NCBI RefSeq assembly: GCF_034638445.1
Contig: NC_132969.1
Span: forward strand, 255,423-319,422
Origin: Ciconia boyciana
Lineage: Eukaryota
Length of the DNA stretch: 64,000 bases
Direction of reading: 5' to 3'
How positions within the stretch are numbered: the first letter of the stretch is position 1; every line of letters begins with the position of its first letter. Both the position numbers and the translations under genes were made by a program. The notes beneath the pieces were generated by a model. The model had not been told where the DNA came from. It searched no databases and saw only the letters and a program-made list of their open reading frames with translations. Of the stretch, positions 10,600 through 22,329 are shown piece after piece.

Positions 10600-12800
10600 A
10601 GGGAGGGGGGGGCACTGGGGACACTGGGTGCGCTGGGGGCCGTGCTTGCGCTGGGGGCACTGGCGGCACTGGTGGCACTGCTGACACTGGTGGCCGGGCT
10701 CGCACTGGGGGCACTGGTGGCCGTGCTCGCACTGGGGGCACTGCTGACACTGGGTGCGCTGGTGGCACTGGTGGCCGTGGTCACGCTGGGGGCACTGGTG
10801 GCCGTGCGCGCGCTGGGGGCACTACTGACACTGGTGGCCGTGCTCTCACTGGGAGCACTCGTGGCCCTGGTGGCCATGCTCACGCTGGTGGCACCGAGTG
10901 CACTGGTGGCACTGGTGGCCGTGCTCACACTGGCGCCACTGGCGGCCATGGTCACGCTGGGGGCACTGCTGACACTGGTGGTCATGCTCACGCTGGCAGT
11001 ACTGGCGGTCATGCTCCCACTGGTGGCACGGCTGACACTGGCAGCCATGCTCACACTGGTGACACTGGTGTTCGTGCTCTCACTGGGGGCACTGGCAGCA
11101 CTGGCTGCACTGGTGGCCATGCTCCCACTGGTGGCACTGGCGGTCATGCTCACGCTGGTGACACTGGTGGTCGTGCTCGCATGGGGGGCACTGGTGGCCA
11201 CGCTCACACTGGGGGCACTGGTGGTCATGCTCTCACTGGGGGCACTGCTGACACTGGTGGTCGTGCTCTCACTGGGTGCACTGGTGGTCGTGCTCACACT
11301 GGTGACAGCGGGTGCACTGGTGGCCATGCTCATGCTGGGGACACTGGTGAGACTGGTGTCCACGCTCACACTGGGGGCACTGGTGACACCGGTGGCCATG
11401 CTTGCACTGGCAACACTGGTGGGCACGGTAGTGCTGGCAGCCATGGTGCCACTGGTGGTCATGGTGGCACTGGTGGTCATGGTGGCGCTGGCGCTGCAGG
11501 CGATGGTGACACTGGTGCTCATGGGGGCACTCATGGCGCTGGTGGCCATGCTCACACCGGTGGTCATGGTGTCACTGCCGGTGATGGTGGCACTGGCGGT
11601 ACTGCTGGTCACAGTGACGCTGGCTTTCGCGGTGACACTGGCAGTTCATGGTGACACCGGTGGCTTTGGTGACGCTGGCCGTCATGGTGACACCGGTGGT
11701 CATGCTGACAGCAGCAGCGATGGTGACACCGGTGCTCTTGGTGACACCGGCAGTCATGTGGCACCAGTGGTTGTGGTGTCACTGCCAGTCAAAGTGACAC
11801 CAGTGGTCACGGTGACGCTGGCCGTCGTGGTGACGCTGGCTGTCGTGGTGACACTGGCGGTCATGGTGACATGGTCACGGTGACGCTGCTGGTCGTCATG
11901 ACACCGGCAGTCGTGGTGGCACCGGTGGTCATGGTGGCACTGCCAGGGATGGTGGCACTGGTGGTCACAGTGACGCTGGCCGTCATGGGGGCACTGGTGG
12001 TCATGCTGACACCAGCAGTCATGGTGATGCTTGTCGTCACAGTGACATAGTCATGGTAACAGTGACGGTCGTGATGACACCGGCACTCGTGGTGGCACCG
12101 GTGGTCATGGTGGCACTGCCAGCGATGGTGACACCGGCCATCACGGTGACACTGGCTGTCATGCTGACACTGGCACTCGTGGTGACACTGGTGGTCATGC
12201 TGACACCAGCAGTCACGGAGATGCTGGTGGTCGTGGAGACATGGTCACGATGACGCTGGTGGTACTGGTGACACCGGCAGTTGTGGTGGCACCCATGGTC
12301 ATGGTGTCACTGCCAGCGATGGTGACACCGGTGGTCATGGTGACGCTGGCGGTCCTGGTGACACCGGCCGTCATGCTGAAACCATCAGTCATGGTGATGC
12401 TGGCGCCCATGGTGACATAGTCATGGTGACAGTGGTGGTCATGGTGGCACCGGTGGTCATGGTGTCACTGCCAGCAATGGTGACGCTGGCCGTCACACTG
12501 ATGCTGGTGGTCACGGTGACACCGGCCATCATGCTGACAGCAGCAGTCATGGTGACGCTGGCAGTCACAGTGACATAGTCACGGTGACACTCATGGTGGC
12601 ACTGGTGGTCATGGTGGCACTGCCAGCGATGGTGACACCGGCCATCATGCTGACACCAGCAGTCATGGTGACACTGGCGGTCACGGTGACATAGTCACGG
12701 TGACGGCAGCGGCCATGGTGGCACTGGTGGTCATGGTGTCACTGCCAGCGATGGTGATACTGGTGGTCATGGTGGTGCCGGCAGTCACGGTGACATAGTC
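10600..12800. repeat. 12-bp-periodic minisatellite family (GGTGGTCATGGTGAC / GGCACTGGTGGC variants), MAZ intron 1
   Basis: Hundreds of tandem 12-nt units. All six frames lack stop codons, which produces the giant spurious ORFs in the track (e.g. 10098..11612, 10120..11883). Confidence 0.85.
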
Positions 12801-12998
12801 ACGGCGACGCTCATGGTGGTACCGGTGGTCGTGGTGTCACTGCCAGCGACGGTGACGCCGGCCGTCACGGTGATGCCGGCGCTCCTGGCGACACCGGCAG
12901 TCACGGTGGCACCGGTGGCCACGGCGCCACTGCCAGCGACGGTGACACCGGCCCTCACACCGCCGCCGCCGGTGACGGTGCCATCGGTGCCGCCGCAG

Positions 12999-13089
12999 GC
13001 CGCCGCCGCCCCGCCGCCGCCCGCCGCCCCCGCCGAGGCGCTGCAGGTGGACCTGCTGCCGGTGCTGGCCGCCCCCCCGGAGAGCACCC

Positions 13090-13122
<33 letters not shown>

Positions 13123-13684
13123 TGGACGCCGCCGCCCTCAAACCCCCCGCCCCCGAGTCGGCCCCGCCGCCGGTGCCGCCGGTGCCGCCGGTGCCGCCTC
13201 CCTCGGCCGAAGCGCCGCGCAAATCCAAGAGCAAAGGGCCCTACATCTGCTCGCTGTGCGCCAAGGAGTTCAAGAACGGCTACAACCTCCGGCGCCACGA
13301 GGCCATCCACACCGGCACCAAAGCCGCCCGCCCCGGCCCCGCCGCCATGAAGATGCCCACCATGGTGCCCCTCAGCCTGCTGAGCGTGTCGGGGCTGGGG
13401 GGCGGCGGCGGGGCGGAGGGGGGAGCGGCGGCGGCGGCGGCGGCGGCGGCCACGCCCAAGCGGGCGCGGAAGAACCACGCCTGCGAGATGTGCGGGAAGG
13501 CGTTTCGCGACGTCTACCACCTCAACCGCCACAAGCTGTCCCACTCGGACGAGAAGCCGTACCAGTGCCCCGTCTGCCAGCAGCGCTTCAAGCGCAAGGA
13601 CCGGATGAGCTACCACGTCCGTTCCCATGACGGCGCCGTCCACAAGCCCTACATCTGCAGCCACTGTGGGAAGAGCTTCTCCAG
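12999..13684 (+). CDS. MAZ: MAZ large coding exon (Ala/Pro-rich region plus the first C2H2 zinc fingers)
   Basis: Acceptor gccgcag (12996-12998). ...AEALQVDLLPVLAAPPES...KSKSKGPYICSLCAKEFKNGYNLRRHEAIHTG...KNHACEMCGKAFRDVYHLNRHKLSHSDEKPYQCPVCQQRFKRKDRMSYHVRSHDGAVHKPYICSHCGKSFS(R) is near-identical to human MAZ. Donor GT 13685-13686. The exon start is less certain than the end. Confidence 0.85.
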
Positions 13685-13689
13685 GTGGG

Positions 13690-16650
13690 CGGGGCGCGGG
13701 GGCGGGGAGCGGGGCAGGGGGCACGGCGGGGCTGGGGGTGACGGGGGAGACGGTGGGCACGGTGGCGCGGGTGGTTGTGGTGATGCTGGGCGTCATGGGG
13801 ACGATAGGAGTCATGGTGATGCTGGCGGTCATGGGGACGATGGAGGTCGTGGTGACGCTGGGCGTCATGGGGACGATGGGCGTCATGGGGACAATGGGGG
13901 TCATGGTGATGCTGGCGGTCGTGGTGGGACTGGTGGTCACGGTGGCACTGGGCATCATGGGGACAACGGTGGTCATGGTGGTGCAGGCAGTCATGGTGAT
14001 GCTGGTGGTCGTGGTGACGCTGGGCGTCATGGGGACGATGGTGGTCATGGTGATGCTGGGCGTCATGGTGACACTGCAGGTCATGGTGGCACGGGCGGTC
14101 GTGGTGATGCTGGGTGTCGTGGTGACACTGCAGGTCATGGTGATGCTCGGTGTCATGGTGACAATGGCGGTCATGGTGACGTTGGGCATCATGGGGATGC
14201 TGGAGATCATGGTGATGCTGGCGGTCATGGTGGCACTGGCAGGCACGGTGACGATGGTCATGGTGACGCTGGGCATCATGGTGACAATGGAGGTCATGGT
14301 GGCATTGGTGGTCATGGTGATGCTGGGTGCCATTGTGACTGGCTGTCATGGTGACACTGGTGGCCATAGTGGTGCAGGGCGTCATGGTGACAATGCAGGT
14401 CATGGCGGCACTGGTGGTCGTGGTGACGCTGGGTGTCATGGTGACAGTGGCGGTCATGGTGATGCTGGGCGTCATGGTGGCGCTGGTGACCATAGCGACG
14501 CTGGAGATCACGGTGATGGTGGTGGTCACGGTGGCGCTGGTGGTCATGGTGGGACTGGCGCTCATGGTGACGCTGGGGGTCACAATGACACTAGGGGTCA
14601 TGATGATGCTGGAGGTCATGGGGACAATGGTGGTCGTGGTGACAATGCTGGTCACGGTGGTGTTGGGGGTCACGGTGACGCTGGCGGTCATGGGGACAGC
14701 GTTGGTCATGGTGACAATGGCAGTCATGACACTGGGTGTCGTGGTGACAACGGAGATCATGGAGATGCTGGTGGTCACGGCGGGACTGGCGGTCATGGTG
14801 ACAATGGGGGTCACAGTGACGCTGCTGGTCGCGATGATACTGGCAGTTATGGTGGCGCTGGTGGTCGTGGTGGCCATGGCAGTCACGGTGATGCTGGTGG
14901 TCATGGTGGCGCTGGGGGCCATAGTGACGCTGGAGGTCACGGTGACAATGGTGGTCGTGGTGACAACGGTGGTCATGGTGACAGTGGTGGTCACAGCGGT
15001 GCTGGTGGTCATGGTGACAATGGTGGTCATGGTGGCACTGGGCATCATGGTGGTGCTGGTGGCCGTGGTGGTGCTGGTGGTCACGGTGGCGCTGGTGGTC
15101 ATGATCATGCTGGTGGTCATGGTGGTGCTGGCGGTCATGGAGGCACTTGAGGTCACTGTTGGTCACGGTGGCGCTGGTAGCCATGGTGATACCGGCGGTC
15201 AAGGTGATGCTGGACACCATGATGATACCGGTGGTCATGGTGACACTGGTGGTCATGGTGACGGTGGGGGTCATGGAGATGCCGGTGGTCGTGGTGGCAC
15301 TTGAGGTCATTGGTTGTCACAGCGATGGTGGTGGTCATGATGACGTTGGCTGTCACGGTGACAATGGTGGTCACAGTGGGGCTGGTGGTCATGGTGACGA
15401 TGGTGGTCACGGTGGCACGGGGGGTCATGCTGACGGTGAGGGCCATGGAGATGCTGGGGGTCATGGTGGCACTGCTGGTCATGGTGCCAATGGTGGTCAC
15501 GGTGGCACCAGTGGTCATGGTGGCACTGGGGGCCATAGTGACGCTGGAGGTCACGGAGGTGCAGGGGGTCATGGTGGCACTGGTGGTCATGGTGGGACTG
15601 GTGGTCATGGTGACCCTGGCAACCTTGGTGGCCCTGCTGGCCGTGGTGAAGCTGGTGGCCATGGTGGCCGTGGTGATGCTGATGGCCCTGGTGATGCTGG
15701 TGGCCATGGTGGCCATATATGCTGGTGGCCATGATGGCCCTGATGACACCGGTGGTCATTGTGGCCATGGTGACACTGGTGGCCGTGGTGATGCTGGTGG
15801 CCCTGGTGATGCTGGGAGCCCTGGTGATGCTGGTGACGCTGGTGGCCATGGTGACACTGGTAGCCATGGTGATGCTGGTGGCCATGATGGCCATGGTGAT
15901 GCTGGGGGCCCTGGTGATGCTGGTGACACTGGTGGCTGTGGTGATGCTGGGGGCCATGGTGATGCTGCTGATGCTGGTGGCCATGGTGTGACTGGTGGCC
16001 ATGGTGATGCTGGTGGTCCTGGTGGCCGTGGTGACGCTGGTGGCCATGGTGATGCTGGTGAGGCTGGTGGCCATGGTGGGACTGGTGGCCATGGTGATGC
16101 TGGTGGTCCTGGTGGCCGTGGTGACGCTGGTGGCCATGGTGATGCTGGTGGCCATGGCGGGACTGGTGGCCATGGTGACGCTGGTGGCCATAGTGGCCGT
16201 GGTGACGCTGGTGGTTCTGGTGATGCTGGTGACGCTGGTGGTCACAGTGGCTCTGGTGGCCATGGTGATACTGGTGGCCACAGTGACACTGGTGGCCATG
16301 GTGATGCTGGTGGCCCTGGTGGCCCTGGTGGCCATGGTGATGCTGAGGGCCCTGGTGATGCTGGTGGCCATGGTGGCTGTGGTGACGCTGGGGGTCATTG
16401 TGGCCGTGGTGACGCTGGGGGCCCTGGTGACGCTGGGGGCCTTGGTGATGCTGGTGGCCATGGTGACGCTGGGGGCCCTGGTGATGCTGGTGACGCTGGG
16501 GGCCCTGGTGATGCTGGTGGCCATGGTGACGCTGGGGGCCCTGGTGGCCGTGGTGATGCTGGAGGTCCTGGTGATGCTGGTGACGCTGGTGGCCGTGGCG
16601 GGACTGGTGGCCACGGTGATGCTGGTGGCCGTGGTGGCCCTGCCCTCCCC
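13690..16650. repeat. 12-bp-periodic minisatellite family (GGTGGTCATGGTGATGCT variants), MAZ intron 2
   Basis: Same family as 10600-12800. Stop-free in all frames. Confidence 0.85.
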
Positions 16651-16726
16651 GGTGTCCCCCCCCCCGCCCCCGCCGCCGCCGGCCGTGCCGTCACCGCGCT
16701 TTGGCCTCTCCCCCCTCCCCGCCCAG

Positions 16727-16790
16727 GCCCGACCACCTCAACAGCCACGTGCGGCAGGTCCACTCCACGGAGCGCCCCTTCAAGTGCGAG
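16727..16790 (+). CDS. MAZ: MAZ zinc-finger coding exon
   Basis: Acceptor ccgcccag. (R)PDHLNSHVRQVHSTERPFKCE is identical to human. Donor GTAGGT at 16791. Confidence 0.9.
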
Positions 16791-16871
16791 GTAGGTCCCC
16801 CTCCCGGCCCCCTCCCCTCCCACCTCTCCCCCGCCCCACGGCGCCCGCCCCACGGCGCCTTCCCGCCCTAG

Positions 16872-17043
16872 ACCTGCGAGGCCGCCTTCGCCACCAAGGA
16901 CCGGCTGCGGGCGCACACGGTGCGGCACGAGGAGAAGGTGCCGTGCCACGTCTGCGGGAAGATGCTGAGCGCCGCCTACATCTCCGACCACATGAAGGTC
17001 CACAGCCAGGGCCCCAACCACGTCTGCGAGCTCTGCAACAAAG
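16872..17043 (+). CDS. MAZ: MAZ zinc-finger coding exon
   Basis: Acceptor ccgccctag. TCEAAFATKDRLRAHTVRHEEKVPCHVCGKMLSAAYISDHMKVHSQGPNHVCELCNK(G) matches human. Donor GTAGGG at 17044. Confidence 0.9.
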
Positions 17044-17049
17044 GTAGGG

Positions 17050-19560
17050 GCGCGCCGTGGGGCGGGGTGTGGGGCGGGGTGTGGGGCGCGCCGTGGGGCG
17101 GGGTGTGGGGCGGGCCGTGGGGTGTGGGGTTTGGGGAGCGATGGTTATGGGGAGGGGTTGGGTTTGGCCGGCTGTTGTTTGCGTAGGGGTTGCGGGGCGG
17201 TTGTGGGGTGCGCCGTGGGGCGGGGGTGGGGGTGGGGTTTGGGGGTGGCGGTTCAGGGGAGGGGTTGGTTTGCCCGGCTGTTGTTGTGTAGGGATTGGGG
17301 TGCTGTGGGGCGGCTGTGGGGCAGGTTGTAGGGCAGCTGTGGGGCAGGGCATGGGGCAGGCCGTGGGGCATGGGGTTTGGGGGGTGGCGGTTCAGGGGAG
17401 GGGTTGGTTTGCCCGGCTGTTGTTCTGTAGGGATTGGGGTGCTGTGGGGCAGCTGTGGGGTGGCCGTGGGGCAGGCTGTGGGGCAGTTGTGGGGCAGGCC
17501 ATGGGGCAGGCCGTGGGGTGTGGGGTTTGGGGGTGTCAGTTTGGGGGAAGGGTTGGTTGTCCTGGCTCTGTGGGGCAGAGAGGCACCGTCCCACGTAGGG
17601 CTCATGTGGGGCGCTGATCTGTGGGGCACAGGCTGTATGGGGCGCTGATCTGTGGGGCACAGGCTCTATGGGGTGCTGATCTATGGGGCAGAGGCTGCGT
17701 GGGGCACAGGGTCGCTGTGCCAGGTAGGGCTGCTGTTGCTGTGGGGCACCAGCCCCATGGGGTACAGGCTCTATGGGACACTGGCTCTATGGGGCACTGT
17801 CCCACAGCTCCCGGGCTCTATGGGGCACTACCCCATGGCTCCCAGGCTCTATGGGGCGCTGCCCCACAGTTCCTAGGCTCTATAGGGCACGACCCCACAG
17901 CTCCCTTCTGCTATGGGACACTGCCCCATAGCTCATGGGCTCTATGGGGCACTATTGCCATGGCTCCCAGGCTCTATGGGGCACCGCCCCCCAGCTCCCA
18001 GGCTCTATGGGGCACCGCCCCACGGCTCCCAGGCTCTATGGGGCACCGCCCCGCAGCTCCCAGGCTCTATGGGGCACCACCCCCCACCTCCCAGGCTCTA
18101 TGGGGCACTGTCCCATGGCTCCCAGGCTCTATGGGGCACCACCCCCCAGCTCCCAGGCTCTATGGGGCACCGCCCCGCAGCTCCCAGGCTCTATGGGGCA
18201 CCGCCCCCCACCTCCCTGCAGCTATGGGGCACCGCCCCCCAGCTCCCAGGCTCTATGGGGCGCTGCCCCCCACCTCCCAGTCCCTCTAGCTCCCCCCCCA
18301 CCACCCCGCAGCCCCCGCCCCCAAGCGCCGTGGGTCTGACGCCGCTTCGTCCCCAGGCTTCACCACGGCGGCGTACCTGCGGGTGCACGCGGTGAAGGAC
18401 CACGGGGTGGCGGCCCCCCCGCCCCCCGACGCCTCCTCTGCAAACTCTGCGGGGTTCACTGCAAGACCCCCGCCCAGCTCAGCGGCCACCTCCAGACCCA
18501 CGGCGCAGCCCCCCCCGCCGAGGGGCCCGCTCCCCAGGGGGCTCCGCCGCTCCGCTGACGCGCCCACAGGCAAGGCCCGGCGGGGGGACGGGGGACGGGG
18601 GGGCTGGGGAGGGGGATGGAGGGGGGACGGGGGGAGGGAGGGGGGGGAGGGACTTGGGGGGCAGCCCCATAGAGCCTGGGAGTTCTGCCACGTAGAGCCT
18701 GGGAGTTCTGCCCCGTGGATCGCGGGAGTTCTGCCCCATAGAGCCTGGGAATCCTGCCCCATGGATCATGGGAGTTCTGCCCCATGGATCGTGGGAGTTC
18801 TGCCCCATAGATCACAGGATTTCTGCCCCATAGAGCCTGGGAGTTCTGCCCCATAGAGCCTGGGAGTCCTGCCCTGTAGAGCTTGGGAGTTCTGCCCCAT
18901 AGATCACAGGAGTTGTGTCCCATAGAGCCTGAGAGTTCTGCCCCATAGATCATGGGAGTTCTGCCCCATAGAGCCTAGGAGTTCTGCTCCATAGATCATG
19001 GGAGTTCTGCCCCATGGATCGCAGTTCTGCCCCACAGAGCCGGGGAGCCCCGCCCCATAGATCATGGGAGTTCTGCCCCATAGAGCCTGGGAACTCTGCC
19101 CCATAGATCGCAGGAGTTCTGTCCCATAGATTATGGGAGTTCTACCCTGTAGATAGAACCTGGGAGCTCTGCCCCATAGCGTGCACTGGTGGGTGCTTGG
19201 GGGGCAGCCCCATAGAGCCTGGGAGCCCTGCCCCATAGATCGTGGGAGTTCTGCCCCATAGCATGGGAATGGGGGTGTTTGGGGGGCAGCCCCATAGAGC
19301 CTGGGAGTCCTGCCCCATAGATCACAGGAGTTCTGCCCCAGAGAGCCTGGGATTTCTGCCCCGTAGTGCGGGGATGGGGATGCTTGGGGGGCAGCTCCAT
19401 AGAGCCAGGGATGGGGGGCAGCCCCATAGATCCTGGGAGCCCTGCCCCATAGCGTGGGGCGGGAGGGGACAGCACCCGGGGGGGAGGGGGGGGCTCATCT
19501 TGCCCCAGAGCCGGGGGATGGGGGTCACTTGGGGGGCAGCCCCATAGATCCGGGCAGTCC
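17050..19560. repeat. Minisatellite arrays in MAZ intron 4 (units ~24-30 bp: ctatggggcaccgccccacagctcccaggct; ccatagatcatgggagttctgcc)
   Basis: Read directly. Several sub-arrays carry the recurring motifs ccccatag / ctatgggg. Confidence 0.8.
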
Positions 19561-19623
19561 GGCCTCCCTGTGGGGCAGAGCTGGGGGGCGGAGGGGCCGT
19601 GGGGTGACGCCGTCTCCCCACAG

Positions 19624-19739
19624 GTGGGGGCGAGTCCTGCCCCATGGCGGCCCCCGGCCCCCCCGCCCCGGCCGTGGCCGTGCTCCCCATGGAGGGGGCC
19701 CCCGTCGTCAGCCAGGCCCTGCCCAGCCAGCCCTGGTGA
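19624..19739 (+). CDS. MAZ: MAZ terminal coding exon with TGA stop
   Basis: Acceptor tctccccacag (to 19623). (G)GESCPMAAPGPPAPAVAVLPMEGAPVVSQALPSQPW* matches human ...VPVSSQPLPSQPW*. Stop at 19737-19739. Confidence 0.88.
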
Positions 19740-20145
19740 GGGGGCGGCGGGGGGGCCCGCCCTGCCCCACAGATGTGGGGGGCCCCACAGCGAACCGGAG
19801 CCCCACGGCGAGGGAGAGCCCCACGGCGAAGCGGAGCCCCACGGCGAGGGAGAGCCCCACGGATACGGGCGGCCCCATGGATATGGGGAGCCCCACGGCG
19901 CGGCGGAGCCCCGCGGATATGGGGAGCCCCACGGCGCTGTGGGGCGGCCCCTGCCCCACGGCGCTGGGGGGCGGGGGGGGACACCGCCCCGCCCCGCGGG
20001 CGTGTCCTCCCCGGGCCCCGCCCCCTTTTCGTGTTCGTGGCCCCGCCCCTCGGCGCGCGCGGGGGGGGCGGGGCGGGATTTTTGTACCGCGCGCCAAGGG
20101 GGGAGGGGGAGGGGGAGGGGAGGGGAGCGACGCCCAATAAACCCT

Positions 20146-20151
20146 CGGCGC
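20146..20151 (+). terminator. MAZ: Candidate MAZ polyadenylation signal AATAAA
   Basis: cgcccaataaaccc, ~400 nt after the MAZ stop. Confidence 0.4.
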
Positions 20152-20164
20152 CTCCGTTGGCTCC

Positions 20165-20700
20165 GCCCACTGCGCATGCGCGGACCGGCGGGGGGGGTGG
20201 GGGTGTGTGTGTACGCATGCGCCAAGGGCACATGGCGGGGTGGAGAGCGGGCGCGCATGCGCATGGGGCGAGTCGCGACGGTGAAGGGCGGGGACGCAGT
20301 GGCGCATGCGCGGCGCAGCGGGGTGGGGGCGCGCGTGCGCGGTGAGGACACTCGGGTGCGGAGTCGCGCATGCGCGGGGGGGCACGGCGCGCTGAGGGGG
20401 GGCGGAACGAGAGGTAGCGCCCACGAGGGCGGGGCTCCGCCGGGCCACGCCCTTTCCCCGACCACGCCCCCCCCGGAAGATTACAAGCGCGGAGGAGGCG
20501 AGGCTTGCCGCGGGGCACCGCCCATCTTAGGCCACGCCCACCACGTGACTGCCGCCTGATTGGCCGCGGAGAGGAGGGGGCGGGGCTGCGGCCACCTCGG
20601 CCGGCACGGCGAGGGTGGGGAGTGAGACGAGGGGGCGGGGCAGCGCTGTGACGTCAGAGCCCCGCCCACGAGCCGCTGGGCGGCCGGTACCCGCCCCCCC
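20165..20700. promoter_or_regulatory. Orphan CpG island with at least 4 NRF1 palindromes GCGCATGCGC (20172, 20256, 20306, 20370), an inverted CCAAT (ctgattggcc, 20549), a CRE TGACGTCA (20649-20656) and GC boxes
   Basis: Motifs read directly. The island lies between the convergent 3' ends of MAZ (19739) and INO80E (20882). Confidence 0.5.
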
Positions 20701-20881
20701 CCCCGGGGGTTTCTCCCCCTCCCCAATTCCGGGTTTTTCCCCCCAAAACGCGGGGATCCCCCCCCCCCGGGTTTTTCCCCCCAACTTGTGGCGTTTTCAC
20801 CAAACTCGGAGGGTTTCCCCCAAAATTGTATTTCCCCCCAGGTTCTGGGGTTCCCCCAGGGTCGGGGGTCGGGGTCAGGGG

Positions 20882-21065
20882 TCACTCGGGGATGTCGATC
20901 ACCAGCTCGTCGTCCCCGTCCAGGGGTCGTCGCCGCTCCCCTCCCCGCGTCGCTCAGCATCCGCCGGGGACGGTGCTGGGGACGGGGGGCCCTTGGGGGG
21001 AGGGGCGGGGGAGGGGCCCTCCCGGGCCACGCCCCGAGGGGAAGGGCAAAGGGGGTGGGGGGCAG
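20882..21065 (-). CDS. INO80E: INO80E terminal coding region; the reading frame is broken twice by apparent 1-bp gaps
   Basis: On the minus strand after acceptor ccctcccccag, three successive frames read ..PRRMLSDAG / GEGSGDD / LDGDDELVIDIPE*. Human is [27 protein letters not shown]. Stop TGA is the reverse complement of 20882-20884. Adding one G to the gggg run and one C to the cccc run restores a single frame. Confidence 0.55.
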
Positions 21066-21099
21066 CTGGGGGAGGGGGTGGGCGTGAGTGACCCACGGT

Positions 21100-21550
21100 G
21101 CCCCCAAGCGCCCCCACAGCCCCCCAAGTGCCTCCTAAGTGCCCCACTGTGACCCCTAAGTGCCCCATTCTGACCCCCAAGTGCCCTCCAGGCCCCGAGT
21201 GTGTGTCCCCCCCAAGTACCCCATTGGGACCCCAAGTCCCCCGTGACCCCCAAGTGCCCCTCCCAGCCCCCAAGTGCCCCATTCTGACCCCCAAGTCCCC
21301 TCCCAGCCCCCAAGTGCCCTACTGTGACCCCAAATTCCCCCTGTGCCCCCTGGGACCCCAAGTGCCCCCCAGCCCCTCAAGGCTCCCCCAGCCCCCAAGT
21401 GCCCCCTGGGACCCCAAGTCCCCCCCAAGTCCCCTCCCAGCCTCCCAAGTGCCCCACTGTGCCCCCAAATTCCCCCTGTGCCCCCTGGGACCCCAAGTCC
21501 CCCCGCAGTGCCCCATTCTGACCCCCAGCCCCCAAGTGCCCCCCCCCCTC
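21100..21550. repeat. Minisatellite ccccaagtgcccc(attctga/ctgtga) array (INO80E intron)
   Basis: Read directly. Confidence 0.8.
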
Positions 21551-21558
21551 CCCTCTAC

Positions 21559-21810
21559 CTGCAGGCGCCGGGAGCCCTTGGGGCGGCGGGCGGGGCCGGG
21601 GCGGGGCCGCTCGGGCGGGGCGGCCCCTCGGGGGCCAAATACTCGGTGGGGAAGGGGCTGTAGGGGGAGGCCATCTGGGGGGGAGGGGTCGGTGAGGGCC
21701 CGCCCCTCCCCCATGGGGCGAGGGCGGCGTGGGGGAGGGGCGACTCACCATGTAGGGGGCAGGCGGCGGGGGAAGCCGGGCGGGGGAGGGGAGGGCGGGG
21801 GCTGCGCTTC
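21559..21810 (-). CDS. INO80E: INO80E coding exon (Pro/Ser-rich middle region)
   Basis: Minus strand: acceptor ccccccacag, then (R)[71 protein letters not shown]... matching human KRKRSPPLGG...SSRYPPFPSDYLALQLPEPSPL. Donor GTAGAG. Confidence 0.7.
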
Positions 21811-21895
21811 CTGTGGGGGGGGAGGGAGAAAGAGTGAAGGCCGGCGGCCATCTTGAGGGCTGGCGGCGGCCATCTTAGCCCCCTCCCCCCTTTAC

Positions 21896-21971
21896 CTCTT
21901 GGGTGGGGGAGGGTCCGCCCCCTTCGCCCCCTCCCCCTCGCTGTTGTCGGACGAGGCGGTGGCTTCCGAAT
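21896..21971 (-). CDS. INO80E: INO80E coding exon
   Basis: Minus strand: acceptor tcccccag, then (D)[24 protein letters not shown](R) matching human [27 protein letters not shown]. Donor GTAAAG. Confidence 0.8.
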
Positions 21972-22053
21972 CTGGGGGAGGGGGATGTGTGTGTGGGGGA
22001 GGGGTGTCCGTCCCCCTCCCCTCCATCTCTCCGTCCCCTCCCCGCCCCGGTAC

Positions 22054-22106
22054 CTGACGAATCCTCGTCCACGTTCTCGTACTGCAGCAACCGGTCCAGG
22101 AGGAAG
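22054..22106 (-). CDS. INO80E: INO80E coding exon
   Basis: Minus strand: acceptor cccccag, then (S)[17 protein letters not shown], identical to human. Donor GTACCG. Confidence 0.88.
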
Positions 22107-22181
22107 CTGGGGGGAGGGGAGGGCGTGAGAGGGGGGGAGGGGAGGGGTGGGGGGGGGGGGTGGGGGGTGGGGGAGGGGCAC

Positions 22182-22252
22182 CTCTTGTCCCGCGAGACCT
22201 TCAGCAGCTTGCGCTGGGCCCGGCGCAGCTCCTCCTGGAAGCACTCCTGCTC
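22182..22252 (-). CDS. INO80E: INO80E coding exon
   Basis: Minus strand: acceptor ccccccag, then [23 protein letters not shown] matching human [23 protein letters not shown]. Donor GTGCCC. Confidence 0.85.
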
Positions 22253-22329
22253 CTGGGGGGAGGGAGAGAACGGGGGGGAGGGGCACGGGGACACGCCCAC
22301 CCGCGCACGGCATTGTGGGTAGAGGCCTA

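Noticed and set aside
21840-21895. LKMAAG-like peptide (cf. human INO80E ..RKLKMAVGPP..) on the minus strand between INO80E exons
   Set aside because: It would lie upstream of the RKRSP block in transcript order, the reverse of human. The match comes from gccatcttg YY1-like motifs in the intron and is probably coincidental.
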